This document shows, one piece after another, positions 1 through 10,340 of a stretch of DNA of 64,000 bases (the first letter of the stretch is position 1; every line of letters begins with the position of its first letter). The notes below the pieces were generated by a model, which saw only the letters and a list, made by a program, of their open reading frames with translations, was not told where the DNA came from and searched no databases. The translations under genes and the position numbers were made by a program. The DNA comes from an uncultured Ruminococcus sp. (GTDB lineage: Bacteria; Bacillota; Clostridia; Oscillospirales; CAG-272): the NCBI GenBank assembly GCA_964434325.1, contig CAYSUO010000002.1:6086-70085 (forward strand), in the 5' to 3' direction.

Positions 1-2495
1 CGGAAAACGAGGTTTTTCCTGCTGACGCCTATCGCGCGCGCTATGCCCACCTCTTTTATATCGGCGAAAAGCGCCGAGCGCATTATGAGATAGAGACTTA
101 ACGCCATCACCGCAAACACGACGACAAGGCACGCCGTCAGCCGTATCGAATCCTCTTTATAATCGGCGGAATAGTAATCGTAGAAAACGTCGCTGTTATA
201 GATGCCATCCGTTCCGTACTTCGCGACGAGGCTCGCAAAAAGCTCCTCGGCATTCGCGGAATGGATACCGTAATAGCGATACAGTGCATACTCGCTTTTG
301 GAGGTAAAGGTATTTTCAAGATGGCTCTCCGTTTTACCCGAGGAATACGAAAGCTCCTTTAAATCCTCGAACGTGAAGAACACCTTCGGGCATATCATAC
401 GCACGTTGGTGTAATAATCCTGCCGCCATTTTTCGCACTGCGTCAGCCATTCCGCCAAGAGCCTCTTATAGTCTGTGGGAAATTCCGCCTTGAATTTCTC
501 CGCGTCGTACTTATTATTCTCGGTGTCAAACGCGGCTTCTATTTTAAGATAGCTGAGATAGCTTTCAAAATTCGTGCCGAGGTCGCGCGGGGTATCGGGT
601 CCTCCCTGCGCCTTTATGAAGGCGTTCAATTCGTCAAGCCTATCGTCCACGGGGTCGAAGAAGCCCGCGACGGTGAAGCTCATTCCGTTAATGACTATCC
701 CGTTCGCATAGTATCGCTCCGCGTCCTGGTACTCGCGGAGGCTGAGATAGACGGAGCCGTTCTCGATGGCGCCGAGCTCCACTGAATGCGTGGTGTATAT
801 ATCCAAATATTCGGGCTTCGTGGTTATTGCGGCGAGGTCACTTTTCAAGACGGCGTAGTCCGTGTGATACGCCACCGCCTCGTCCCCCTCGACGATACCG
901 ACGAGGCGCGAGGTCGGATATATGCTTTCAAAGACGCCCTTTTCACTTCCGTTGTTCGTCGTTATTTTACATTCGCCTGCGTCCAAAAGGCGCTCGTAGC
1001 TCGTTATGTAGCTAACGGAGACGTCCAAAAGTAGCTTATCCGCAAGCGCCGTCGTTATTATAAACTCATCGTCCGAAGCGAGCTCCGCCACCCCCGCGAC
1101 GAGCCGCGACTCACCCATCGCGCTTATCGGGACGGGGGTCGCCTTCGCCGCGAAGCTCCCCGCATCCGCGTCAGCAAAAGATTCAAAATTGCCTATCGAA
1201 AAGCTATAATTCGATATCGCGCGCGGGGGCATATCCGCGCTGAGAAACACCGTTGCCACGTGGTCTGCCGCGCCGCTTTCAAGGAGCGCTTTTAGCTCGC
1301 TCTTATCGGTGAGCACCGCGTCGATAAACACGGTATTCTCGTTGAAATTTTCCATCACGGTGCTCATTTTATGAAACACGGTGCCGAAGCTGGAAACCAT
1401 GAGGACGATGATGACCGCGAAGCTGACGAGCCCGAGGAAGAGCGCCTTTTTGCCGAGGCGCGCCCTACCAAAGTTATTGCGGAAGCCGCTCCTGACCGCC
1501 GCCTTGAAGCTATACATACGCCCCGCCTTACCGACGGTGGGCGCGCTCTTCAAGACGGAGCTGACGGGCTTCTTTCGGCGCTTTTCACGCTCCGCGAACT
1601 TGCCCTCGTGGACGTGCAGATCGCCGCCCCGCTCCAAGGACTTGACGTTGAATCCCGCCGCCTCGACGTAAAGAGTTCCGCCGCGCGAGATGATACGGAG
1701 CCTTTTGCCGAGCTTGCTCCTATCGCCGAAGAGCTCGACGGAGAAATCGGGGGAGGCGAGCTCCGCCCGCTCCATATCGCCGAGGTAGACCTCGTTGGCA
1801 GCTCTGCCCTCGAAGCCCCCCGTGGCAACGTTTTGCCTATCGCCGACGACGGAGCCGTCCACCACCTCGATGACGCGATCGCAATAGAGCTCGACGAGCT
1901 CCGCCTCGTGCGTTACCAAGAGAACGAGGCAGTCCTTCGATATTTCGCGGAGAATGTCCATAACGAGGACGGTGTTGTGCTCGTCAAGATTTCCCGTCGG
2001 CTCGTCCGCCAAGATGAGCTTGGGGCGCTTGACGATGGCGCGCGCGATGGCGACGCGCTGCTGCTGGCCGCCCGAGAGTGCGTCCGTCATTCTGCCCGCG
2101 TATTTATCCATCTCGACCTCGGAGAGAGCCGCCGAGACGCGCTCGCTTATCTCCCCTTCGTCACTCACCCCGCAAAGGCGGAGGGAGCTGGCGACGTTCT
2201 CGAACACGGTCATATTTTTTGAGAGGTTGTAATTTTGGAAGATGTAGCCGACGGAGAAATTACGCTCCGCGTCGGCGTCGGGGGTGATGCGCGCTCCGTC
2301 CAAGAGGACGCTTCCAGCGTCCGCCTTATCGAGCCCGCCGATGACGTTGAGGAGCGTCGTTTTTCCACAGCCCGATTTACCGAAGACGGCGACGACGCCG
2401 CTATCGGGCAAGGTGAGAGAAACGCCGTTAATCGCGTGAACGGAGTTGCCGCCACTGCCCTTATAGGTCTTATCGAGATTCTTGATTTCTACCAT
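1..2495 (-). CDS. ABC transporter, fused ATP-binding domain + FtsX-type permease (MacB-like); C-terminus lies beyond the left edge
   Basis: Absent from the ORF track because it is open at the window edge. My minus-strand translation from ATG 2495..2493 gives [35 protein letters not shown] (Walker A), [14 protein letters not shown] and [12 protein letters not shown]. It continues with a TM helix [16 protein letters not shown], a long extracytoplasmic part, then ..[12 protein letters not shown], with no stop down to nt 1. The ATG overlaps the TAA of the upstream gene (TAATG). Confidence 0.85.
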   Translation of the reverse strand, partial: MVEIKNLDKTYKGSGGNSVHAINGVSLTLPDSGVVAVFGKSGCGKTTLLNVIGGLDKADAGSVLLDGARITPDADAERNFSVGYIFQNYNLSKNMTVFENVASSLRLCGVSDEGEISERVSAALSEVEMDKYAGRMTDALSGGQQQRVAIARAIVKRPKLILADEPTGNLDEHNTVLVMDILREISKDCLVLLVTHEAELVELYCDRVIEVVDGSVVGDRQNVATGGFEGRAANEVYLGDMERAELASPDFSVELFGDRSKLGKRLRIISRGGTLYVEAAGFNVKSLERGGDLHVHEGKFAEREKRRKKPVSSVLKSAPTVGKAGRMYSFKAAVRSGFRNNFGRARLGKKALFLGLVSFAVIIVLMVSSFGTVFHKMSTVMENFNENTVFIDAVLTDKSELKALLESGAADHVATVFLSADMPPRAISNYSFSIGNFESFADADAGSFAAKATPVPISAMGESRLVAGVAELASDDEFIITTALADKLLLDVSVSYITSYERLLDAGECKITTNNGSEKGVFESIYPTSRLVGIVEGDEAVAYHTDYAVLKSDLAAITTKPEYLDIYTTHSVELGAIENGSVYLSLREYQDAERYYANGIVINGMSFTVAGFFDPVDDRLDELNAFIKAQGGPDTPRDLGTNFESYLSYLKIEAAFDTENNKYDAEKFKAEFPTDYKRLLAEWLTQCEKWRQDYYTNVRMICPKVFFTFEDLKELSYSSGKTESHLENTFTSKSEYALYRYYGIHSANAEELFASLVAKYGTDGIYNSDVFYDYYSADYKEDSIRLTACLVVVFAVMALSLYLIMRSALFADIKEVGIARAIGVSRKNLVF

Positions 2496-4744
2496 TATTT
2501 GGCGCCTCCCTTCAAGGTCTTGCGGACGCTTTCGTTGAACATTTTCTTATTGTAGCGGCGCGTTATCAGGACGTTGAGGAAAACGACGCCGAGGCAGATG
2601 AGGATATATTGAAGCGCGTGCAGATACGGGAGCACGGGATTGAGGCTCGGGCTCCTATATATCACGAGGCAGGATGTGAGGAGAAGCAACAACGAGGGCA
2701 CGGTGGAAAGTGCCATCTGCGTATACATAGATATTTTGACGACACGCACGCTGATCCCCATTGAGCGAAGAATGGCGATATCTCCCTGCTTGGCGAGCAT
2801 GGCGCGCTGGGAGCAGATGGAGAGGAAGAAGGCGATGAAGCGGAGCACGAGCACCCAGATGGCGAAGGCGATGAGCGCCTCCACAGCCGCATAGAGCAGA
2901 GACTCGGGGTCGGAATACGTCGAATCGGCGGAGACCGCGACGTAGCCATTCTCCGAGATGAGCTCGCACTTGGTGCGCGCCAGCTTGGTGCTTTCAAAGA
3001 AGAGAGACGACTGATAGTTCGTTTTCGCGCCAACGGAGCCCAGCTCCCGCGCGAGCTCTTGGGAGACGTAGAGCGTCGACGTTCCGCGCGTAGCTTGGAA
3101 GCATTTTTCGCTTTCAAACGTGCCGTAGAGCTGAACGTAGCGCACGCCAGCGCCCAAAAACGTTTTGACGGAGATACCCAATTCGGAGTAGTTCAAGGTG
3201 GCGCCGCTCGCAAGGTCATTCAAAACCATGGGAGTCGACGAGCCGTCGTAGCTCATATAGTAGCTCTTCCCCGTGAGCGAGGAGTCCACGGCGAAGCGAT
3301 AGAATTTATAATAGCGATCGTACTGAAAACCGTTCGCCGTCGTTACGTTCCACGTAGCCATCGCTTCCTTTATCGCGCTTTCGCCGAAGAGGTTATGTAT
3401 CTCGTACATATATTGTAATCCATTGTCGGTGACGACGATTTTACCCGTTTCCTCGGAGTTATCGAGATAGTAGGCGACGCCCGTCAGCTTCAAGATGAAC
3501 GAGCCGTTATTATAGAGATCCACGCTGTCCATGAGCAATTCGTCTTTTCCGAAAACGTCGCGCCACTCGATGGGCAAAACGAGCATTGCCTCGCCGTCCG
3601 CCTCGGGCTTTCTTCCGATGTCGGGCTCTATCGTGTTGTCGCGGACGAAGCGGAGCACTTGCGAATAGGTCTTCATATCGTCGCCGTCCATCGTATAAAA
3701 ATGATAGTTTATCTTGGCGTCCAAAATGCTATCGCGATAGATATAGCTATCGGCGCCAACCGTGGCGGCGAGCTCGGCGAGCTCCTCCTCCTCGATGGCG
3801 GCACCGTCCTTCCGAATGGCGACGACTCTGCCAGGCATATTGGAAAACATATAGTTCTTTTCGTAGACCGCGAGATCCGTCACCGTGAACGCCGTTGTGA
3901 AGAAGGCGCCGAGCATTGCTATTATCATAATGAGCGAGGTGAAAACGGAGAGCTTGGGAACGGCGGCAAAGCGGTGCGCGCCGAGCTCGATGCCGCGAAA
4001 AAGGTCGGAGAAGCGGCGCTTGCTCTTCGGCTTTTCCCGCCTCTCATAGGTGACGACGTTGGCTTCTTTTAGGTGCTCGTCCTTTTCCACCGCGCCGTCA
4101 TAGATACGTATCTCACGCGTCGCATAAGGCGCCAGCTGCGAGAAGCTGTGCGTCACCACGATGACGAGCTTTTCGCGCGATATCTCCGCGAGGAGCGCTA
4201 TTATCTCTTCCGACGTTTTGGAGTCCAAATTTCCCGTCGGCTCATCGGCGAGAATGATGGGGCTATCCTTCGCGAGGGCGCGGGCGATGACCGTCCTCTG
4301 CTTTTGCCCGCCCGAGAGCTTTGAGCCCTTATGGTTTTTAAAGCGCGTGAGCCCCACGCGCTCGATGAGCTCCAAGGCGCGGCGGCGGCGCTCTCCCCTA
4401 TCCTCGATATCCGAGAGCGCGAGTTCAACGTTTTCAAGCACGGTGAAGCTTTCAAGGATATTGTATTCCTGGAATATGAACGAAACGTATTCGCTTCTAT
4501 ATCTCTCCCAGTCCGCCTGAGAATAATGCGACGTGGGGGCTCCCGCAACATAGAGCTCCCCCTCCTCATAAGTGTCCATACCACTTATAACGTTGAGAAG
4601 CGTTGTTTTTCCGCTCCCCGATTTACCCGTTACTGCGACGAACTCGCCTATATCAAATTCAAGGTCAACGCCCCGCATACCGACGGCGACGGAGCTTTCC
4701 GAAACGTATATCTTACCGACGTTTTCAAGTTTAAGAAGTGACAC
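2495..4744 (-). CDS. ABC transporter, fused ATP-binding domain + FtsX-type permease (MacB-like)
   Basis: ORF track 2495..4801. Motifs [32 protein letters not shown] and [11 protein letters not shown], one TM helix, a roughly 330-aa extracytoplasmic domain and a C-terminal FtsX-like 3-TM bundle. Start moved to GTG 4744, which follows a GGGAGAA SD. Confidence 0.9.
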   Translation of the reverse strand: MSLLKLENVGKIYVSESSVAVGMRGVDLEFDIGEFVAVTGKSGSGKTTLLNVISGMDTYEEGELYVAGAPTSHYSQADWERYRSEYVSFIFQEYNILESFTVLENVELALSDIEDRGERRRRALELIERVGLTRFKNHKGSKLSGGQKQRTVIARALAKDSPIILADEPTGNLDSKTSEEIIALLAEISREKLVIVVTHSFSQLAPYATREIRIYDGAVEKDEHLKEANVVTYERREKPKSKRRFSDLFRGIELGAHRFAAVPKLSVFTSLIMIIAMLGAFFTTAFTVTDLAVYEKNYMFSNMPGRVVAIRKDGAAIEEEELAELAATVGADSYIYRDSILDAKINYHFYTMDGDDMKTYSQVLRFVRDNTIEPDIGRKPEADGEAMLVLPIEWRDVFGKDELLMDSVDLYNNGSFILKLTGVAYYLDNSEETGKIVVTDNGLQYMYEIHNLFGESAIKEAMATWNVTTANGFQYDRYYKFYRFAVDSSLTGKSYYMSYDGSSTPMVLNDLASGATLNYSELGISVKTFLGAGVRYVQLYGTFESEKCFQATRGTSTLYVSQELARELGSVGAKTNYQSSLFFESTKLARTKCELISENGYVAVSADSTYSDPESLLYAAVEALIAFAIWVLVLRFIAFFLSICSQRAMLAKQGDIAILRSMGISVRVVKISMYTQMALSTVPSLLLLLTSCLVIYRSPSLNPVLPYLHALQYILICLGVVFLNVLITRRYNKKMFNESVRKTLKGGAK

Positions 4745-4772
4745 GGCTTTTCTCCCGTAAAAAATTGAAAAT

Positions 4773-4801
4773 ATTATACACCCTGCATACGCGAATGTCA
4801 A
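4773..4801 (-). promoter_or_regulatory. Sigma-A-type promoter of the ABC pair
   Basis: Minus strand reads TTGACA-17 nt-TATAAT with a TG extension (CTTGACATTCGCGTATGCAGGGTGTATAAT), about 25 nt upstream of the SD. Confidence 0.6.
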
Positions 4802-4878
4802 GCTATGATGTTTCGCCGCAAAAGAACGCCCGCCAACACGTCGAAGCGGCGGTCGCTCCTCGTTCGCTTTGCGGGGCG

Positions 4879-5478
4879 TTATTCAAAACAACTTTCGCCT
4901 TTCACCGCGGCGCCGTTGCCGCTCGGAGATATAAGGCTCGTGAGCTCGCGGCGAACGTCGGCGAACGCCTCCTCGGTGGGAGCGAGCTCGCCCGAGCCCA
5001 TAAGGCTGACGTAGCCATATATGAGGGCGCGAATGGGGACGACGCATTTTTCGGGCTCGGGAGCTCCGCGCTCCGAGAAAATCCCGACGAGATAGTCCGA
5101 AAGGGGCTTATCAAATTCGGAGAGGCGAAGGGCGCACGCGCCCCCCGAAACGAGGAGCGCTTCGCGAAGCCGCCCGTCGGCGAGCCAAAAGCGAATACAG
5201 GCGAGGCAGAGCTCGACGGCGCAGCGCGCGGGCTCGGAGATCCACGCGTGCTCGACCTCGCGGAAGAAGAGCTTCCATTTGGCGGCGAGGTGGGCGAGGA
5301 TGCGCGCGAGGTATTCTTCCTTATCCTTGAAATAGCGATAGGGGGCGGCACAGGAGACCCCTGCCGCCTCGGCGGCGCGCCGAAGCGAAAAATCGCGAAC
5401 TCCGCGCTCCTCCAATTCGGCGACGCCCGCGAGGAGGAGCCTTGTTTTTACATCTTCATCGGTGAAGCAGGTATTCAT
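4879..5478 (-). CDS. TetR/AcrR-family transcriptional regulator
   Basis: ORF track 4879..5496. N-terminal HTH region RLLLAGVAELEERGVRDFSLRRAAEAAGVSCAAPYRYFKDKEEYL. Start moved to ATG 5478 (MNTCF), 5-6 nt after a GGAGA SD. Confidence 0.85.
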   Translation of the reverse strand: MNTCFTDEDVKTRLLLAGVAELEERGVRDFSLRRAAEAAGVSCAAPYRYFKDKEEYLARILAHLAAKWKLFFREVEHAWISEPARCAVELCLACIRFWLADGRLREALLVSGGACALRLSEFDKPLSDYLVGIFSERGAPEPEKCVVPIRALIYGYVSLMGSGELAPTEEAFADVRRELTSLISPSGNGAAVKGESCFE

Positions 5479-5489
5479 TATTATCTCCG

Positions 5490-5502
5490 TTAACATTGTT
5501 AA
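5490..5502. promoter_or_regulatory. Candidate TetR operator (13-bp palindrome TTAACA-T-TGTTAA) in the tetR 5' UTR
   Basis: Perfect inverted repeat ttaacattgttaa between the predicted tetR -10 box and the SD. Confidence 0.35.
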
Positions 5503-5511
5503 TTGCGTTCT

Positions 5512-5540
5512 ATTCTATCACAAACGGAAGCAAAATACAA
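5512..5540 (-). promoter_or_regulatory. Predicted tetR promoter
   Basis: Minus strand reads TTGTAT-17 nt-TAGAAT with a TG extension (TGTGATAGAAT). Confidence 0.45.
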
Positions 5541-5578
5541 TGGTTTTTGAAAAAAATGATAAAAAATGCAAAAAAAGC

Positions 5579-5606
5579 TTGACTTATCGTCCGATTGATG
5601 TATAAT
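5579..5606 (+). promoter_or_regulatory. Predicted promoter of the aromatic amino-acid operon
   Basis: TTGACT-16 nt-TATAAT with TG immediately upstream of the -10 box (gatgTATAAT), about 50 nt before ATG 5658. Confidence 0.55.
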
Positions 5607-5657
5607 ATTAGCATACACACGCCGAAGGGCGCGCTAACAGTGTTAATCGAGGTGACT

Positions 5658-6872
5658 ATGATAAACGAAAAGATGAGGGAGCTGGGAGCCAAGCGCTCCG
5701 TGATACGCGAGCTTTTTGAATACGGGAAGCGGAGGCGAAGCGAGCTCGGCGACGACGCCGTTTTCGACTTTTCCCTCGGCAACCCGAGCGTTCCGCCTCC
5801 TCCCGAGGTCAATGAAGGGCTCGGGGAGCTTTTGGCGGAGGAAGCTGCGGCGGACGTTCATGCCTATACCTCGGCACAGGGAGACCGCGAGGTGCGGCGC
5901 GCCATTGCGGACTACGTGCGGCGAACGGAGGGGGCGGAAGCCGACGCGGAGCTCATATATCTCACGGCGGGGACGGCGGCGGCGCTGACCGCGACTCTGA
6001 CGGCGCTCGTTATGCCGAACGAGGAAGTCATCGTTCCGACGCCATACTTCCCTGAATACCGCGTTTTCATAGAGAGGACGGGCGCCACCGTTCGCGAGGT
6101 GCCCTGCCGTGAGCCCGACTTTTCCCTCGACGTTCCCGCCATTATGGAGAGCATTTGCGAAAAGACGGCGGCGATAATAATAAACTCACCGAACAACCCG
6201 ACGGGCGCGGTCTACTCGGAGGAAAACGTTGCCGCGCTGGCGGCGGCGCTCAAACGCCGCGAGCGGGAGCTGGGCAAAACCATTTACTTGATTGCGGACG
6301 AGCCCTACCGCGAGCTGGTCTACGACGGGGTGAAGGTGCCCTATCTTCCGAACTACTACGACGACGCGGTGGTTTGCTACTCTTTCAGCAAATCGCTTTC
6401 GATACCAGGAGAGCGGATAGGTTACGCCCTCGTTTCTCCGAAAATGCGCGACGCGACCGCCGTTTATCAGGCGTTAGCGGGGGCGGGGCGCGCGCTCGGC
6501 TTCGTTTGTGCGCCGAGCCTATTTCAGCGCTTACTTCCGAAGTGCCTCGGGAAGGTTGCCGACCTCGCGGTTTACGAAGAGAATATGCGGCTACTATATG
6601 ACGGGCTGACGGCACTCGGCTACGAGGCGGTGAAACCCGCGGGGGCTTTCTATCTTTTCGTGAAGGCGCTCGAAGCGGACGCGACCGCCTTTTCCGAGAG
6701 GGCGAAGAGGCGGGGGCTTTTGCTCGTCCCGAGCGATGATTTTGGAATCGCGGGCTACGTTCGCATTGCCTTTTGCGTCAAAGGGGAAATGATAACGCGG
6801 GCAATGCCCGCATTTGCCGAACTTGCCGCCGAATACGAGGCGGAAAGCGGCGCGAAACGGAGAAAGAAATGA
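5658..6872 (+). CDS. Class I/II PLP-dependent aminotransferase (probable aromatic/aspartate aminotransferase)
   Basis: ORF track 5595..6872. PLP-lysine box SFSKSLSIPGERIGY and NSPNNPTG. Start at ATG 5658 behind a GAGGTGA SD. Stop overlaps the pheA start (ATGA). Confidence 0.85.
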   Translation: MINEKMRELGAKRSVIRELFEYGKRRRSELGDDAVFDFSLGNPSVPPPPEVNEGLGELLAEEAAADVHAYTSAQGDREVRRAIADYVRRTEGAEADAELIYLTAGTAAALTATLTALVMPNEEVIVPTPYFPEYRVFIERTGATVREVPCREPDFSLDVPAIMESICEKTAAIIINSPNNPTGAVYSEENVAALAAALKRRERELGKTIYLIADEPYRELVYDGVKVPYLPNYYDDAVVCYSFSKSLSIPGERIGYALVSPKMRDATAVYQALAGAGRALGFVCAPSLFQRLLPKCLGKVADLAVYEENMRLLYDGLTALGYEAVKPAGAFYLFVKALEADATAFSERAKRRGLLLVPSDDFGIAGYVRIAFCVKGEMITRAMPAFAELAAEYEAESGAKRRKK

Positions 6873-7960
6873 CACTACTTGACGAAGCGAGAGAGATGAT
6901 AAACGAGACCGACGAGGAGATGGCGCGGCTCTTTGAAAAGAGAATGCGAGCCGCCGAGCTCGTTGCGCGCTACAAGAAGGAGCACGGCTTGCCGATATTC
7001 GACGGTGAGCGCGAGGCGGCGCTCCTACGAAGGAACTCCGACTATATCGGCGACCCCGCGTTGAAGGAATACTACGTCGGCTTTATTCAGGAGACGATGA
7101 ACGTTTCAAAGCGCTATCAGGAACGGCTCAACGAGGGAATGCGGATAGCCTACTGCGGGACGGAGGGCGCTTTTGCGCACATTGCGGCGTGCAAGCTTTT
7201 CCCGAGCGCGAAGAAGCTCCCTTTTTCCGACTTTCTCCCCGCCTACGAGGCGGTGGCGAAGGGGGAATGCGACGCCGCCGTGCTTCCCATTGAAAACAGC
7301 TACAACGGCGAGGTGGGACAGGTCACAGACCTTATGTTTTCGGGAGGACTATACGTCAACGCGGTGACGGAGCTCGCCGTTTCCCACGATTTGCTCGCGC
7401 TCCCCGAGGCGGAGCTCGGCGACGTTCGCGAGGTGCTGAGCCACCCGCAAGCGCTCGGGCAATGCGCGGACTACCTGCGCCGAGCGGGGCTTCGCGGCAT
7501 AGAGTACGCGAACACGGCGCTCGCGGCGCGGCACGTCAGGGAGAGCGGCGACAAGGCGCTCGCCGCCATTGCGAGCGAGGAGGCGGCGAAGATATTCGGC
7601 TTAAAGGTCTTGGCGCGAAACATCAACGCGAGCAGGAGCAACACGACGCGCTTCGCGGTCTTTTCGAGAGCTGAGAGCAAGCACAAAACGAAGGAGATGG
7701 GCGTTCACACGATACTCGTCTTTACCGTGCGCAACGAGGCGGGTGCTTTGGCGCGCGCCATCGACGTTATCGGAAAGCACGGCTTCAATATGCGGACGCT
7801 ACGAAGCCGACCCATGAAGGAACTTCTTTGGCAGTACTACTTCTACGTGGAGGCGGAGGGGAACGTTGACTCCCCCGAGGGGGCGGCAATGATGAAGGAG
7901 CTCGCCGAATGCTGCGACAGGCTAAAAGCCGTTGGCACCTACGTGAAGCCGCTACAATGA
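6869..7960 (+). CDS. pheA: Bifunctional chorismate mutase / prephenate dehydratase (P-protein)
   Basis: ORF track 6773..7960. From ATG 6869 it reads MTLLDEAREMINETDEEMARLFEKR (type II chorismate mutase). It also has a PDT domain (RIAYCGTEGAFAH, LPIENSYNGEV) and a C-terminal ACT domain (TILVFTVRNEAGALARAIDVIG). Confidence 0.9.
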   Translation: MTLLDEAREMINETDEEMARLFEKRMRAAELVARYKKEHGLPIFDGEREAALLRRNSDYIGDPALKEYYVGFIQETMNVSKRYQERLNEGMRIAYCGTEGAFAHIAACKLFPSAKKLPFSDFLPAYEAVAKGECDAAVLPIENSYNGEVGQVTDLMFSGGLYVNAVTELAVSHDLLALPEAELGDVREVLSHPQALGQCADYLRRAGLRGIEYANTALAARHVRESGDKALAAIASEEAAKIFGLKVLARNINASRSNTTRFAVFSRAESKHKTKEMGVHTILVFTVRNEAGALARAIDVIGKHGFNMRTLRSRPMKELLWQYYFYVEAEGNVDSPEGAAMMKELAECCDRLKAVGTYVKPLQ

Positions 7961-8049
7961 AGGCATATAGAGAACGAATTTTTGAGCTATAATTTGAACA
8001 GAAGATATTTCGATTTTGATAAAACTCTTTATCCAACGGAGGAATGGAT

Positions 8050-9057
8050 ATGACGGAGCTTAGAACGGAGCTCGGAAAAAGGAGCTACACCGTAAGCGTC
8101 GGGCACGGGCTTTTGGAGAAGGCGGGGGAGCTTATGCGGCTTGACCGACGCGTTCTCATCGTCACCGACGACGGCGTTCCGAAGGGATACGCGGAGGCGA
8201 TAGCGAGCGCCGCGCGAGAGCCGAAGATCGTTACACTGCCGCAAGGAGAGAAAACGAAGAATGCGGACAGCTTCATTCACCTCTGCCGCGAAATGCTCGG
8301 GCACGGAATGGTGCGCGGCGATTGCGCCGTCGCCGTTGGGGGCGGCGTTGTCGGCGACCTCACAGGCTTTGCCGCCGCCTGCTATATGCGCGGCATAGAT
8401 TTCTACAACGTTCCGACGACGCTCTTGGCACAGGTGGACTCCTCGATAGGAGGAAAGACGGCGATAGACCTTGACGGGACCAAAAACATCGTTGGCGCTT
8501 TTCATCAACCGCGCCACGTGCTCATCGACGTCGACACGCTCGACACCCTGCCCTCGCGCCACGTTGCCGCGGGTCTCGCGGAAGCGCTGAAAATGGCGCT
8601 GACCTCGGACGCGGAGCTCTTCTCGCTCTTTGAAGCGGGAGAGGCGAAGGCGCGACTCGACGAGGTGATCGTTCGCGCCATTACCGTTAAGAAGCGCGTC
8701 GTTGAAGCCGACGAAAAAGAGAGCGGGATAAGAAAGATATTGAACTTCGGGCACACCCTGGGGCACGGGATAGAGTCCTCGCGGCTCGGCGAGCTCTATC
8801 ACGGAGAATGCGTTGCGCTCGGTATGCTCCCGATGTGCGCCCCCGCGATACGCGAGCGCGTTCGCAAGGTACTCGAAGGGCTCGGGCTCAACACGAGAGC
8901 GAGCTACGACCTTGGCGCGACGCTCGAATACGCGACGCACGATAAAAAATGCCACGGCGGCACCCTTTCCGCCATCTTCGTTGACGAGATAGGAAAATAC
9001 CGCATCGAAGAGATGACGATGGACGATTTCGCCAAATACATAAAGGAAAACGTTTAA
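8050..9057 (+). CDS. aroB: 3-dehydroquinate synthase
   Basis: ORF track 8044..9057. Motif GGGVVGDLTGFAAACYMRGIDFYNVPTTLLAQVDSSIGGKTAIDL. ATG 8050 lies 7 nt after GGAGG, whereas the track start 8044 is only 1 nt after it. Confidence 0.9.
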   Translation: MTELRTELGKRSYTVSVGHGLLEKAGELMRLDRRVLIVTDDGVPKGYAEAIASAAREPKIVTLPQGEKTKNADSFIHLCREMLGHGMVRGDCAVAVGGGVVGDLTGFAAACYMRGIDFYNVPTTLLAQVDSSIGGKTAIDLDGTKNIVGAFHQPRHVLIDVDTLDTLPSRHVAAGLAEALKMALTSDAELFSLFEAGEAKARLDEVIVRAITVKKRVVEADEKESGIRKILNFGHTLGHGIESSRLGELYHGECVALGMLPMCAPAIRERVRKVLEGLGLNTRASYDLGATLEYATHDKKCHGGTLSAIFVDEIGKYRIEEMTMDDFAKYIKENV

Positions 9058-9230
9058 GATTTTTTCGGCGGTATACAAAAGAGCGGCGAAGGCGCCGCGA
9101 AAAGCCACCAGCAGCTTATAATATTGTAAACCTTACTTTACTTATATAAGAAAAATCACGAACTAAAAAGCTATGCGTCAAGCCTCGCAAAAAACGATAC
9201 GCGCTTGACGCGAAGCACGAAAGGAAGGCT

Positions 9231-10340
9231 ATGAAGAACACGCTTGGAAGCAGCGTTTCCGTGACGCTATTCGGTGAGAGCCACGGCGCGATGATAGGCG
9301 CCGTGCTGGACGGGCTCGCCCCTGCGATAAAGCTCGACGAGGAGCTGATAAGGCGGCGGCTCGAACAGCGCCGCCCGCACGGCAAAACAGGGACGGCGCG
9401 CCGAGAAGCGGACGCCTTTCACATAGTCAGCGGCGCCTTTAACGGATACACGACGGGAACGCCGCTGACGATACTGATACCGAACGAGAATGCGCACAGC
9501 GGCGACTACGCGGAGCTCTTCGATACGCCGCGCCCCTCGCACGCGGACTATGCCGCGAGGTGCAAATACCACGGCTTTGAGGACGCGCGCGGCGGTGGGC
9601 ATTTTTCGGGCAGGATAACGGCGGCTCTCGTTGCGGCGGGGGCGATAGCCGAGGGCGCATTGGCGGCGCGCGGGATAAGGATAGGCACTCACATTGCGCG
9701 CCTACACGGGATATGTGACAGAGCTTTTGGCGACACGGTGGCGGATGTTGCACGGATTTCGGACTCGCTCTTCCCTACGCTTGATGAGGCGGCGGGAAAG
9801 GCCATGCAAGACGAGATAGAGCGCGCCGCCGCCGAGGGCGACAGCGTTGGCGGGGTGCTTGAAACCGCGGTGCTCGGAATGCCGACGGGCGTGGGAGAGC
9901 CCTTCTTCGACACCTTGGAGGGCGTTTTGGCGCACGCACTATTCGCGATACCCGCGATAAAGGGAGTCGCCTTCGGGGCTGGCTTCGGCTTTGCGGATAT
10001 GCGCGGGAGCGAGGCGAACGACCCCTTCACGACGGACGGGGTGCGCGTGACGACGAAGACCAACAACTCGGGCGGCATCAACGGCGGGATAAGCAACGGA
10101 ATGCCGATAACGATAAGTTGCGCCGTCAAGCCCACGCCATCCATCTTTCGCGAGCAGACGAGCGTCAGCCTCGGAGAGATGAAGGAGCGGAGCCTTACGA
10201 TATGCGGGCGGCACGACCCCGCTATAATACACAGGGCGCGCCCCGTCGTTGACGCGGTGACGGCGCTCGTTTTGGCGGATATGCTCGCTCAAAGATACGG
10301 GACGGACTACCTGGCGGGAAGCGAGGGCTCGGCACGGTGA
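9231..10340 (+). CDS. aroC: Chorismate synthase
   Basis: ORF track. N-terminus LGSSVSVTLFGESHGAMIGAVLDGL, plus RPSHADY and GGGHFSGRITAA. Confidence 0.9.
   Translation: MKNTLGSSVSVTLFGESHGAMIGAVLDGLAPAIKLDEELIRRRLEQRRPHGKTGTARREADAFHIVSGAFNGYTTGTPLTILIPNENAHSGDYAELFDTPRPSHADYAARCKYHGFEDARGGGHFSGRITAALVAAGAIAEGALAARGIRIGTHIARLHGICDRAFGDTVADVARISDSLFPTLDEAAGKAMQDEIERAAAEGDSVGGVLETAVLGMPTGVGEPFFDTLEGVLAHALFAIPAIKGVAFGAGFGFADMRGSEANDPFTTDGVRVTTKTNNSGGINGGISNGMPITISCAVKPTPSIFREQTSVSLGEMKERSLTICGRHDPAIIHRARPVVDAVTALVLADMLAQRYGTDYLAGSEGSAR

Noticed and set aside
8029-9108. 359-aa ORF on the minus strand covering all of aroB
   Set aside because: It is the exact antisense shadow of a gene with unmistakable AroB motifs. 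Its composition is Arg/Ala/Gly-rich and low in complexity, which is typical of wrong-frame ORFs in GC-rich DNA. It has no SD and no recognisable domain.
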